From Candidatus Dojkabacteria bacterium (GTDB lineage: Bacteria > Patescibacteriota > Dojkabacteria > B142 > OLB20): DNA of 64,000 bases. The notes under the pieces are model-generated. The model searched no databases and was not told the origin of the DNA. It saw only the letters and a list, made by a program, of their open reading frames with translations. The position numbers and the translations under genes are program-made. The stretch is taken from contig CP129475.1 of assembly GCA_030583785.1 (NCBI GenBank), forward strand, positions 25,941-89,940. Direction: 5' to 3'. This document shows positions 1 to 8,599 of the stretch, piece after piece (within the stretch, counting starts at the first letter, position 1; the number at the start of each line of letters is the position of its first letter).

Positions 1-267
1 ACTTATGGACAACTAGCTAGTGCTTCGGGAATTAAATCGGCAAGGGCTGTTGGCAGAATACTACATAATAATCCCAATATAGAAACCAATCCCTGTCATC
101 GTGTCGTATTTGCAGACGGCTCTCTATCTGAGAGTTTTGCCTTTGGCGGTTTTGAAGCACAATACGAGTTGCTGAGATCAGAAGGGGTGTTTTTTTCTAA
201 AAATAAGGTAGATTTAAAAATTAGTGGTTATCATTTTCGTGAAGTAGACGGAAGCCCCTTGTCTTGA
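1..267 (+). CDS. ogt: Methylated-DNA-protein-cysteine methyltransferase (O6-alkylguanine transferase), 3' partial
   Basis: Frame-1 translation ...YGQLASASGIKSARAVGRILHNNPNIETNPCHRVVFADGSLSESFAFGG...EGV, with stop at 265-267. It carries the PCHRV active-site cysteine motif and matches the MGMT pattern YG.LA...ARAVG.A...NP..PCHRV...G.L.G(Y/F)GG. The gene enters from the left edge of the window. Confidence 0.6.
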   Translation, partial: TYGQLASASGIKSARAVGRILHNNPNIETNPCHRVVFADGSLSESFAFGGFEAQYELLRSEGVFFSKNKVDLKISGYHFREVDGSPLS

Positions 268-1528
268 TGGTTTCTAGTTTGCTACCGGGTTTTAAATTTT
301 GCATCTTCTTTCTAAGTCGAGAGACTAATCTGTCTATTGTCCAATCCGATACACCAAAATGCTCATATTCAGGCCAGACAAATCTTATCAACTCTTCTCT
401 AGTGCAAACTTGCTGGGACTTTCGTTCAAGGTATGTGTACAGTAAATTCTCTTTTTTCGTAAACATTTGTTGATTAGTTGGTTTGGAGTGTAAAAATATT
501 TTTTTTACATAGCCTTCAAAAAGTCTGGAAAATATTTTGTTGTGATTATCCAATATCCCCGTATCCCATAAATAAGTTGCTGTAGAGAATTCATTTTCTG
601 AAACTTGCTGATTCTTTATTAACTTTTTAATCACTTCTTTCTCGTTCGTATTTAAGTGCATTAATAGTTCTTCCGATTGCAATTGAATTCTTTCGTCTTT
701 GAGAATCATCTGAAAATCTCGGGATCTTTTTTCGCTACAATAAATATGCAGAAGTTGCAAATATGTGGAGTGCCCCGAACAAAGTTCGGTAATCATCTTT
801 TCATCAGACTTTGAAAGTCTTGTGGTAATCTTGTTTTGGAGGGCATTAAGCTGTATTTGTGTACTAACTGCATCTGCCGGCTTGATATAATGAACCTTCA
901 AGAAAGGTAAGAAGTCTGTTGCTGTGTATGTTTCTGGTGATAGAAGTGAAAGTCTTCGGTGTCCGGTTAATACAAAGTTTAATCTGCCTTGAGTGGCATC
1001 GATCAGTGCAGCAAGGTTGTTTTGGAAACTTAAATTGAACAGAGCAGAGATACGATCGAAGCGAATATAGATTAATGTTAAATAAATTCCTGTTTCAGTA
1101 ATTTTTCTTAATAGAGTTCTAACAGACTCGTAGGTCATGAACGACTCGTCGATTTGTATCGTTGAGGTAAACAAATTTTGTGCATATTCTTTTAGGCTCT
1201 TGTCTTCATGGTCTTCTAGACGATCTAGAATTCGTTTTAGAGTTAATCGCCAGAAGGCAAGCAATTCAAGCTCTACCAAATCATTAAGATCGATGCCAAC
1301 AATTATTCTTGTGTTTTTAAGTCTTGTTTGGATAGATTTTTTTTCGAGGAGAAATTTTAAAAGTGAGGCAATGCCAACCCTCTTCATACCAACAAGCTCA
1401 AATGATTCGTTGTTTGTGATCAAATCAGCAATAATCGATATGTCTCTTTCTCTGTAAAAATCCGGAAAGTCACTTTCGTGTTGATATTTCTTTGCCATAT
1501 CGAAAGATTTTACACTATCGAGATGCAA
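221..1528 (-). CDS. Regulator with an N-terminal ATPase-like domain and a C-terminal OmpR/PhoB-type winged-helix DNA-binding domain
   Basis: The C-terminus CTREELIRFVWPE...DWTIDRLVSRLRKKM...IKTRGFRLL matches the trans_reg_C pattern (ISRLRRK...T.RG.GY.F). The N-terminal ~330 aa has a degenerate P-loop-like segment LVGMKRVGIASLL and no receiver domain. Its 3' end overlaps the ogt stop by ~47 nt on the opposite strand. Confidence 0.45.
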   Translation of the reverse strand: MHLDSVKSFDMAKKYQHESDFPDFYRERDISIIADLITNNESFELVGMKRVGIASLLKFLLEKKSIQTRLKNTRIIVGIDLNDLVELELLAFWRLTLKRILDRLEDHEDKSLKEYAQNLFTSTIQIDESFMTYESVRTLLRKITETGIYLTLIYIRFDRISALFNLSFQNNLAALIDATQGRLNFVLTGHRRLSLLSPETYTATDFLPFLKVHYIKPADAVSTQIQLNALQNKITTRLSKSDEKMITELCSGHSTYLQLLHIYCSEKRSRDFQMILKDERIQLQSEELLMHLNTNEKEVIKKLIKNQQVSENEFSTATYLWDTGILDNHNKIFSRLFEGYVKKIFLHSKPTNQQMFTKKENLLYTYLERKSQQVCTREELIRFVWPEYEHFGVSDWTIDRLVSRLRKKMQNLKPGSKLETIKTRGFRLLHENDNH

Positions 1529-1623
1529 GTTGAGTACTATGTCAGGATTATGTCAGATTTTTGTTATCAATAAGTCAAGCGGATTAGTCTATCGCTGTTT
1601 ATATTGATGTGGTTTATTAATGC

Positions 1624-2250
1624 TTGTTTATGGAAGTAGGAAATTCATTTTTAGCTATTGTTGGTCCTGCCGGTGTAGGAAAAAGCACATCTTTCAATGC
1701 AATCTTGGATCATTTTGAGTCAAGGATTCGTGTTGTTCCAAAAGTTACAACAAGACCACCCAGAGAGAATGAAAAAGATACGAAGGCAGGTTTATCTCTA
1801 ACAGAGTTCCAAGCAGGGGTTGAATCTGGAGAAATAATACTGGCGCACCAACCATTCGGACCCGATGGTCACTGGTATGGTTATAGCCTTAATGAATTAT
1901 CTGGACAGTCTGGGCAGTTGAATATAATTGAACCTAATGTTGAACATCAGTTACCAGAATTCAAGAAAATATTTGGTGCTTCTGCATTTGTATTAGCCCT
2001 TCGCGCAGATAGAGAATACCTACGACATAATCTTTCGGAGCGAAATAGCGAAAGTCCAGAAAAAATTGAAGAAAGGTTAAGTGCAGCTTGCAGTATTAAC
2101 GATTTTATTGATAAATATTCTAACTCAGGATTAATAGATCAAGTTATTGAACTCAACTGGCACAATAGACCTAGAATGTTAGAAATTGTGTTAGGTTTGA
2201 CTGCTAGGGTGCTGAACAAAATGTCTGTCCTTCAGGGCAGATTTTGCTAG
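1624..2250 (+). CDS. gmk: Guanylate kinase-like P-loop NMP kinase
   Basis: Walker A motif GPAGVGKST, followed by VTTRPPRENE (Gmk has TTR.PR.GE), then YGYS (Gmk YGTS) and a C-terminal E.RL... motif. Confidence 0.5.
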   Translation: MFMEVGNSFLAIVGPAGVGKSTSFNAILDHFESRIRVVPKVTTRPPRENEKDTKAGLSLTEFQAGVESGEIILAHQPFGPDGHWYGYSLNELSGQSGQLNIIEPNVEHQLPEFKKIFGASAFVLALRADREYLRHNLSERNSESPEKIEERLSAACSINDFIDKYSNSGLIDQVIELNWHNRPRMLEIVLGLTARVLNKMSVLQGRFC

Positions 2251-2757
2251 ATACTGCAGTACAACAGGTAGTTGATTCCAGACCCATTGTGTGCAGAGTA
2301 ATTGCCTGTAGTGGATTCCGTTAATGATCTCTTTTAAATCGTACCAGCGGACTTCTTCGACCTCTTCTTCTTGAAGGTAAAAGTCCTGATCTGGGTTATC
2401 TATGTAGATAAGGTACAGGTAAATGTATTCGGACTGACTTTCTTGTCTGACTATATAGGTGTCGATTAAGTAGGCTTCGTAACTGACAATATAAAGTTCT
2501 TCGCGAAGTTCTCGTTCTAGGCCGTCTTTTGGATTGTCACCTTTGACTAGGTGTCCGCCAACAGAAATGTCCCACAAACCGGCACCAAGTTTTTTTGTTT
2601 TCGCTCTCTTTTGAAGAAGAACCTGACCTTTGTGGTTGAAAATCCAAGCATGGACTACGGGATGCAATAAATTTGGATTTTGGTGAGCTTCTTCTCTGGT
2701 TGCTTCAGAGATAATCAGCCCGTCTTCGTCAACAATATCAAATATTTCGTCTTGCAT
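2191..2757 (-). CDS. NUDIX hydrolase
   Basis: Nudix box GGHLVKGDNPKDGLERELREELYIV (GX5EX7REUXEEXGU). Confidence 0.7.
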   Translation of the reverse strand: MQDEIFDIVDEDGLIISEATREEAHQNPNLLHPVVHAWIFNHKGQVLLQKRAKTKKLGAGLWDISVGGHLVKGDNPKDGLERELREELYIVSYEAYLIDTYIVRQESQSEYIYLYLIYIDNPDQDFYLQEEEVEEVRWYDLKEIINGIHYRQLLCTQWVWNQLPVVLQYLAKSALKDRHFVQHPSSQT

Positions 2758-2826
2758 ATTAGTATTTCTAACTAGCAGTTATGATAGCAGATAATTCTTA
2801 ACTTTTTCTTAACTGGGTATGTCTTC

Positions 2827-3810
2827 TTGACTAAAAAAGTCCAAATAACTTATGCTGAATTTATCTACCCAATTATTGAATTTATGAATAAAATCCCTGG
2901 ATTTGTATTAATAATGTTTGCTGCATCATTGTGGGCGCTTGATGCCCTTCTAAGAACACATCTGACTTTTGCGATTCCTTCGATTTGGATTGTCTTTTTT
3001 GAGCATCTGGCAGGAGTTCTTCTTTTCCTGCCTGTTTTATATAACAGTCGATCAGTCTTTAATAAACTGAAAAAGAGAGATTGGATGATACTGCTTCTGA
3101 TGACAATTGTGAGTAGTGTCTTGGGCACCCTCTTGTTTACCGAAGCTTTAAATAAAAGCTTTGCTGTTGGCGATTTTGCTTCTCCTGTATTGTTGCAGAA
3201 ACTGCAACCCATGTTTGTAATTATGCTGTCTACGATCTTTTTAAAAGAAGTATTATCATATAGATTTCTTCTTCTGGCTGTTGTGGCCTTAATCGGCAGC
3301 TATATGATCAGTTTCGGCACAGATAGTGTCTTTCTTGATTTCAGCTCAAAGCTAGAGGTGTCCCTATTGGCAGTCGGAGCAGCAGTTGCCTGGGGAGCCG
3401 GAACGGTAATGAGTAAACATCTGCTTACAAAGGTTGATGCTGCACCTGCTACTGCTTTACGAATGCTTCTCGCTGTTCCTATTAGTTTTGCTGTTGCGTT
3501 GCTTATTGGTCAGGATTTGCAATTATCCGCAATCGGAAGCGCAGAGATCCTCAGAATTATATTGATAGCTTTATCAACTGGGGCAGTCGCAATTCTTATC
3601 TATTACAAAGGTTTGATCAAAACCAAAGCCTCTGTATCTGCTTTTGCAGAACTGGCGTTCCCAGTTGCCTCAATTTTTATAGCCATATCAGTTCTAAATC
3701 CTTACGGACAACCGCAAACTTTGACACTTGCAAATTCATTTGGAGTTATTATTCTCCTGATTTCAATTCTCTTAATAAGCACAGAAAATGAATCTAAAAA
3801 GAGCATTTAG
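2827..3810 (+). CDS. Polytopic membrane protein, EamA/DMT-type transporter-like
   Basis: About 10 predicted hydrophobic helices arranged as two repeated halves; there is no catalytic motif. Confidence 0.4.
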   Translation: MTKKVQITYAEFIYPIIEFMNKIPGFVLIMFAASLWALDALLRTHLTFAIPSIWIVFFEHLAGVLLFLPVLYNSRSVFNKLKKRDWMILLLMTIVSSVLGTLLFTEALNKSFAVGDFASPVLLQKLQPMFVIMLSTIFLKEVLSYRFLLLAVVALIGSYMISFGTDSVFLDFSSKLEVSLLAVGAAVAWGAGTVMSKHLLTKVDAAPATALRMLLAVPISFAVALLIGQDLQLSAIGSAEILRIILIALSTGAVAILIYYKGLIKTKASVSAFAELAFPVASIFIAISVLNPYGQPQTLTLANSFGVIILLISILLISTENESKKSI

Positions 3811-4543
3811 CGGGTATGTAATTGCAGGAGAAAGATTAGGTAGCAAGATTGGCTATCCAACAATCAATTTTGACCCAGAAATAATCAGTCAAAGCACAAG
3901 ACAAGGTGTTTGGGCAGCAAGTGTTGTTGTTGACGGAGATATTTACCTAGCCGCACTCTACTTTGGTCCCAAATATGTAGGTAATAAAAGTGAGCTGGTT
4001 TTAGAAATTAATATCTTAGAATATAGCGGTAGTATATATAAAAAGAGAGTCAGGGTAGAGTTGCTTAAATTTGTGCGCGAGCCGATAAAATATGACGATA
4101 TATCACTACTTAGAGAGCAAATAGGTAAGGATATTAAGCATATCGAGTTAATAACAGGATTGTTATCTAGAGAGAATATATATGCGGTCGTCGGAGTTTC
4201 TTTAGATACTGCAAAGTATGGTTATCGGGTATATAAGAGTATGTCAGATGCAGGCATAAATGTATCTGCAGTAAACCCAAAGTATAGTCAAGAACAAGGA
4301 ATTAAATTTTACAATTCGGTAGCCGACCTTAATGATAATGCCGAGGTAATCGTTTTCGTAGTTCCACCTGCTGTTGCAGAGAACATTATTCATGATAATA
4401 TCGAAGTTTTACGAAACAAACTTGTCTGGTTTCAGCCAGGATCAGAATCCGAAAATGCCTCTAAACTATGCGAAGTCAACCATATTGATTATGTACTAAA
4501 CAAATGCGTGGTGGTAGACGGATTGAGCCTGCAGTTAAGGTAG
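3788..4543 (+). CDS. Fusion of a riboflavin kinase domain with a CoA-binding (YccU-like) domain
   Basis: The N-terminus GYVIAGERLGSKIGYPTINF matches the riboflavin kinase G.V..G...G..LG(F/Y)PT(A/I)N motif. The C-terminal half IYAVVGVS...YGYRVYKSMSDAGINVSAVNPKY...VVPPAVAENI resembles the CoA_binding_2 Rossmann domain. The FAD-synthetase domain of a full RibF is absent. Confidence 0.5.
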   Translation: MNLKRAFSGYVIAGERLGSKIGYPTINFDPEIISQSTRQGVWAASVVVDGDIYLAALYFGPKYVGNKSELVLEINILEYSGSIYKKRVRVELLKFVREPIKYDDISLLREQIGKDIKHIELITGLLSRENIYAVVGVSLDTAKYGYRVYKSMSDAGINVSAVNPKYSQEQGIKFYNSVADLNDNAEVIVFVVPPAVAENIIHDNIEVLRNKLVWFQPGSESENASKLCEVNHIDYVLNKCVVVDGLSLQLR

Positions 4544-4894
4544 GTTCGAGTTGATAATCAATTATGATTGAAATTGGTCTAGACTAACTGGATTGTCTGT
4601 ATAGTCTTGTTGTATTGACTCTTCAATATCTAACCTTAAGGTTCTCGGTTAACAACACTAACATTACCTAGTAGTGGTTTTTCTATTCTTGGAGCTGCGG
4701 ATCGATGATTTTCGTATAGACCATGAGTGCTGTTTAATCCTAAGACATCAACAACCTTAGCTCTGAGTGTATCTAACAGTGTATCGTTTACAGGTCCATT
4801 ATTGCCTTCAACAAATAAAGGATTATCAAGCGTACATTGTAAGTTATTAATCATAACTTTATGTTAAGAATAATTGTTATCTAATTATAATAGA

Positions 4895-4924
4895 TAATGC
4901 ATTTTTTTACAAATATGGTAGAAT
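4895..4924 (+). promoter_or_regulatory. Candidate sigma-70 promoter with extended -10 (TGgTAGAAT) upstream of the 4948 operon
   Basis: TG at 4916-4917 and TAGAAT at 4919-4924 lie 24 nt upstream of the ATG. A weak -35 TTTTAC sits 18 nt upstream. The context is a 400-bp AT-rich intergenic region. Confidence 0.25.
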
Positions 4925-4947
4925 CTTACGATAAATAATAGATATAT

Positions 4948-6228
4948 ATGGACGAGTTCGACAGAAGAAACAATAGCGAAGCACCAGATCGATTCAGGAT
5001 AAGTGAAAAATATTCAGATGAAGAGATCTCATATCTTTCCATAGGAAATCCCGGAACTTTTCGATTTGTTCTATCTGGGCTTAGTGATCCATCTCAACTT
5101 AGAGTCCAACTAACCTTCGTAGATCCAAGATTTAGAGATAGAATGGGACCACTAGGTTACATTGGTTCTGTAATAGCAACAGAAACACAAGAAGTTGTAA
5201 ATCCAAGAATCTTTCAAGAGCTTTTCAAATCAAGGGGTGTTCCACCAATAACCTTTAAAGGAACATATTCAGAGGTGCAGTCAATTCAGGGATTAATTAC
5301 AGATGCAAATCAGGCCGGTTATGATGGCAATCGGGGAAGCGTATTCGCCTATACCGCAGATGGAGATGCACAAGATTATCAAGTTGCCGCAATGGCTCGA
5401 TTACTATTTAGGTCAGTAATTGGAGTTGCCAATAACTATCAAACACATATTCTAACTGCCTTTAATCGATCTTATGCATTGGCTAGACGGAGAAGAGAAC
5501 ATTATCGACTATTAGAAAATCAAACTGATACATTCGCTGCCTTGCCAGAAGAGGTATTGCAATCAATCTTCGCTGGTCCAATGATTGTTATGTTGAAGCG
5601 GGCCGAAGCTAAGGCAGATGTTAATCAAGCCCCTGCTGATAATAGAATTCAACCAATATTTAATCTGCATCTAGATGATTATTTCCAATTTTATTCCGAA
5701 GGCTACGAAGAAAGAAGACAAATCAATCAAAAAACATCGTTAGCAGATATTTTAAATGTAGCAATTAGTCAAGAGTTGGCCGTAGCTGGTGAAAGATACC
5801 TTCAATACACTACAACTGCAAATCGTTTATTGGAAGGCAGCGGTCCTTTAACAGAATGGGCTCGTTCTTTCCACGGCATAAGATTTGAAAAGGATATGCC
5901 TTTAGTAGTTATAGATCCTAGAGACCCGATTCTACTTACTTCGTTAATGGTTGCCTTGAAAAGAAAAGTAGATAGTGGAGATCCAATATATAGTCACCTT
6001 AGATCACCAGGTAGTATTTGGAGGGCTGTAGCAAACATAAGAAGCGAAATAATTTACTTACTTAACTCAGTATTATCGTTGAGCGGATCAAATACTATAC
6101 CCATGCTCGATGACCATGGTCTAATGCCAGGTGAGTTAGAGCACTTAGTCCATACTCAAAGTCTGACGGACGCAACTGATACTGAGCAATTACTTCTTCA
6201 GGAATACAATAGTCAATATGGAAAATGA
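4948..6228 (+). CDS. Hypothetical soluble protein (426 aa), no recognisable motif
   Basis: Long ORF with no TM segments. It is the first gene of a two-gene operon and overlaps the next gene by 11 nt. Confidence 0.5.
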   Translation: MDEFDRRNNSEAPDRFRISEKYSDEEISYLSIGNPGTFRFVLSGLSDPSQLRVQLTFVDPRFRDRMGPLGYIGSVIATETQEVVNPRIFQELFKSRGVPPITFKGTYSEVQSIQGLITDANQAGYDGNRGSVFAYTADGDAQDYQVAAMARLLFRSVIGVANNYQTHILTAFNRSYALARRRREHYRLLENQTDTFAALPEEVLQSIFAGPMIVMLKRAEAKADVNQAPADNRIQPIFNLHLDDYFQFYSEGYEERRQINQKTSLADILNVAISQELAVAGERYLQYTTTANRLLEGSGPLTEWARSFHGIRFEKDMPLVVIDPRDPILLTSLMVALKRKVDSGDPIYSHLRSPGSIWRAVANIRSEIIYLLNSVLSLSGSNTIPMLDDHGLMPGELEHLVHTQSLTDATDTEQLLLQEYNSQYGK

Positions 6229-7687
6229 ACCAAGACAACAGTATATCGATAAGCAACCTGAAGGCATGTATAGAGGAATCATAGCCAGATCTTCGAGTTT
6301 TGAAGAAGTAAAAAGAGTAATAACAGAACAGCCAAGATTTGCTAGAAGGGAGCAGGTTTCCGATGTGCAGTTAGTAGAGCGTTGGGGTGTAAGCACTAGC
6401 AGCTTAGCTCAATTCTTTGCCGAAAGAGATTATCGCGACAATAGATCAGAATTAACTGGAGTTCTTGATGGAGGACTTGAGATTCTATTCGAGACCAGAA
6501 GTTCGGTTAATGATCCTAGACAGAACAATGCATTAGTTACTTTGCAGCTAACACAAGGAGATCGGACATATTCAGTTAGTGTCAATACAGCAGAAAAACC
6601 TTATCGAGATATTGAATTTTCGCAGGTAGTGGCTCAAGCACTACAAGACAGAGTCAGTCAAAGATTCATAGTTTCTGAAGGTCGAGACGAAGAAAGTCAG
6701 GCTGAAGGGTTTGTTCCTCAGAATTCTGGTGGGATACTTGGAAATATCTCTTTACCGAGTAAGGTTGAATACTATAAGAGAGATAACCCGATAGATCATA
6801 GTAACCAAGAAAAAAAGAGGCAAGCATTTTACGATTTGTTCATGTTGGCTTTTACCAAGTTAACAATTGAATTGTACAAAGGCTTAGAACCTTCAAGGGA
6901 GGATATCATACTTCACTATCTCAGGTATTTCGATCAAATGACAGTCAGAAATATTCTGGCAAATATTGGTTTTAATGCACTAGGGGCTGCAATTATGGGA
7001 GAGTTCCCAGATGCCCGAAAGAATTTTCTAGACAGTCTTAACAGTCGAAGCGAAGAATACGAGCAAACAGAATCAAGAGAGGAAGATTACCGCTTAGATT
7101 TACCATTATTTGTAGATGAATCTTATATAGAAGACGAGGATAACTCTGTTGACGAAGTTGCTTTCCAGTTAACTTCAGATAGTGTAGTAAGAAAAGAACC
7201 CGAGGTTGGCTTCACCGATTTTGCTAGAACAAGGTTAGAGAGAATGAATATTGAAACCTTGAATATCATCAGAGAAACCGAGATGCTGCAAGACATTGCA
7301 CTACTTAATATGGAAGGAATTCAAGAATGGAGTATTAAACTTCATCGACAGTTATATGGTTCAGATAATGCCTTGCGAGAGCTTAATCCGGACGATTTGA
7401 TTATCAGACTATGTCTCTTCAAACTACTATCTGAACAGAATAGAATTCATATATTTAAAGATGCTATTGCTGCTTTAGCAATATTTATCAATAGTAGTGC
7501 ATTTCGAGGTGAGACAACACCTTATAGGAGTATTCTGCATAAGACCATAGTCTCTGGAAGCGCTGATTATCCAGACGGACACGATATCTTAACTAACCTG
7601 GATATTAAGATTGGTGTATCAGATCAACAGCGTCAGGAGTTGATAAATTTCCTTATCGAATTAACTAATAAATACCAGCAATCTTAA
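6218..7687 (+). CDS. Hypothetical soluble protein (489 aa), acidic, no recognisable motif
   Basis: Long ORF translationally coupled to the upstream gene. It contains Glu/Asp-rich segments. Confidence 0.5.
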   Translation: MENEPRQQYIDKQPEGMYRGIIARSSSFEEVKRVITEQPRFARREQVSDVQLVERWGVSTSSLAQFFAERDYRDNRSELTGVLDGGLEILFETRSSVNDPRQNNALVTLQLTQGDRTYSVSVNTAEKPYRDIEFSQVVAQALQDRVSQRFIVSEGRDEESQAEGFVPQNSGGILGNISLPSKVEYYKRDNPIDHSNQEKKRQAFYDLFMLAFTKLTIELYKGLEPSREDIILHYLRYFDQMTVRNILANIGFNALGAAIMGEFPDARKNFLDSLNSRSEEYEQTESREEDYRLDLPLFVDESYIEDEDNSVDEVAFQLTSDSVVRKEPEVGFTDFARTRLERMNIETLNIIRETEMLQDIALLNMEGIQEWSIKLHRQLYGSDNALRELNPDDLIIRLCLFKLLSEQNRIHIFKDAIAALAIFINSSAFRGETTPYRSILHKTIVSGSADYPDGHDILTNLDIKIGVSDQQRQELINFLIELTNKYQQS

Positions 7688-8129
7688 AGGTTGAGTTGTG
7701 CATAAGAACTGTATCCCCAAGTTGCTTGCCAAGTAGTTCTGCGTAATTGGTTGCGTCTACCCAGATTGTTGCCCCGATTTTAGTGGAAACAAGCTTTACC
7801 TGAGAGCCTGCCTGAACTATTGCTCGTTTAACAAGCGATCTCTTACTAAATTTTTTGAGATGTGTTTTGTAGGTAGATATATTGTTGTTGTGCAAAGAAG
7901 CCTGTGAAAGAAGTTTTAAGAATATTGGATCTGAAAATGATGGGTTAGCTTTTTTTAATTTTGATTCGATAGTGTTGAGTTTTGTTTGTTCGTTTTTTAT
8001 GAGGTTAATCAAAGTAGATCTGACCTTATATGCATTCATCGGGCATTGTTTAATAACTAATTCATCAATTAAAACGATTAAACAAAAAATCCTTACCCGA
8101 AATAAAACCAAAATTTGAGATTTGCGCAT
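7665..8129 (-). CDS. Small secreted or membrane-anchored hypothetical protein
   Basis: N-terminal hydrophobic signal-like segment MRKSQILVLFRVRIFCLIVLI. It converges on, and overlaps, the end of the 6218 gene. Confidence 0.3.
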   Translation of the reverse strand: MRKSQILVLFRVRIFCLIVLIDELVIKQCPMNAYKVRSTLINLIKNEQTKLNTIESKLKKANPSFSDPIFLKLLSQASLHNNNISTYKTHLKKFSKRSLVKRAIVQAGSQVKLVSTKIGATIWVDATNYAELLGKQLGDTVLMHNSTFKIAGIY

Positions 8130-8173
8130 TTTTACTCAGCTTTACCCTACTCAGATTGTGACGTATAATTGTT

Positions 8174-8599
8174 TTGCTGAATTACGATAATACTATGTTG
8201 CTTCTATATACAGACGGAGGATCAAGAGGAAACCCAGGACCAGCAGCAATTGGTGCCGTTCTTTACTCCGAAACCCAACAATTACTAGATTTTACTGCCG
8301 AGTATAAAGGCGTACTTACCAACAATCAGGCAGAGTATCTTGGTTTGTTGGCAGGATTAGGTTTGGCAAATAAGCATGCTAACGAAAGTTTAACGGTATA
8401 TATGGACAGTGAGCTTGTAGTCAAACAGATGAAAGGTGAATATAAGGTTAAGCATCCAGATATTATTCCGCTTAAAGCAAAGGTCGATAGTCTTCTGGTC
8501 AACTTTTCGCAAGTTAATTTCGTTCATATCGAAAGAGCAAAGAATAAATTTGCAGATAAACTTGTCAATATTGCTTTAGATTCTGCTGCCAATGCGTAA
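8174..8599 (+). CDS. rnhA: Ribonuclease HI
   Basis: LYTDGGSRGNPGPAAIGAVL...NNQAEYLGLLAGL matches the RNase H catalytic core (DEDD). Confidence 0.75.
   Translation: MLNYDNTMLLLYTDGGSRGNPGPAAIGAVLYSETQQLLDFTAEYKGVLTNNQAEYLGLLAGLGLANKHANESLTVYMDSELVVKQMKGEYKVKHPDIIPLKAKVDSLLVNFSQVNFVHIERAKNKFADKLVNIALDSAANA

Noticed and set aside
4636-4854. 72-aa minus-strand ORF in the long AT-rich intergenic region
   Set aside because: It has no recognisable motif or convincing ribosome-binding context, and it overlaps the predicted promoter region of the 4948 operon. It is left uncalled, but it could be a genuine small protein.
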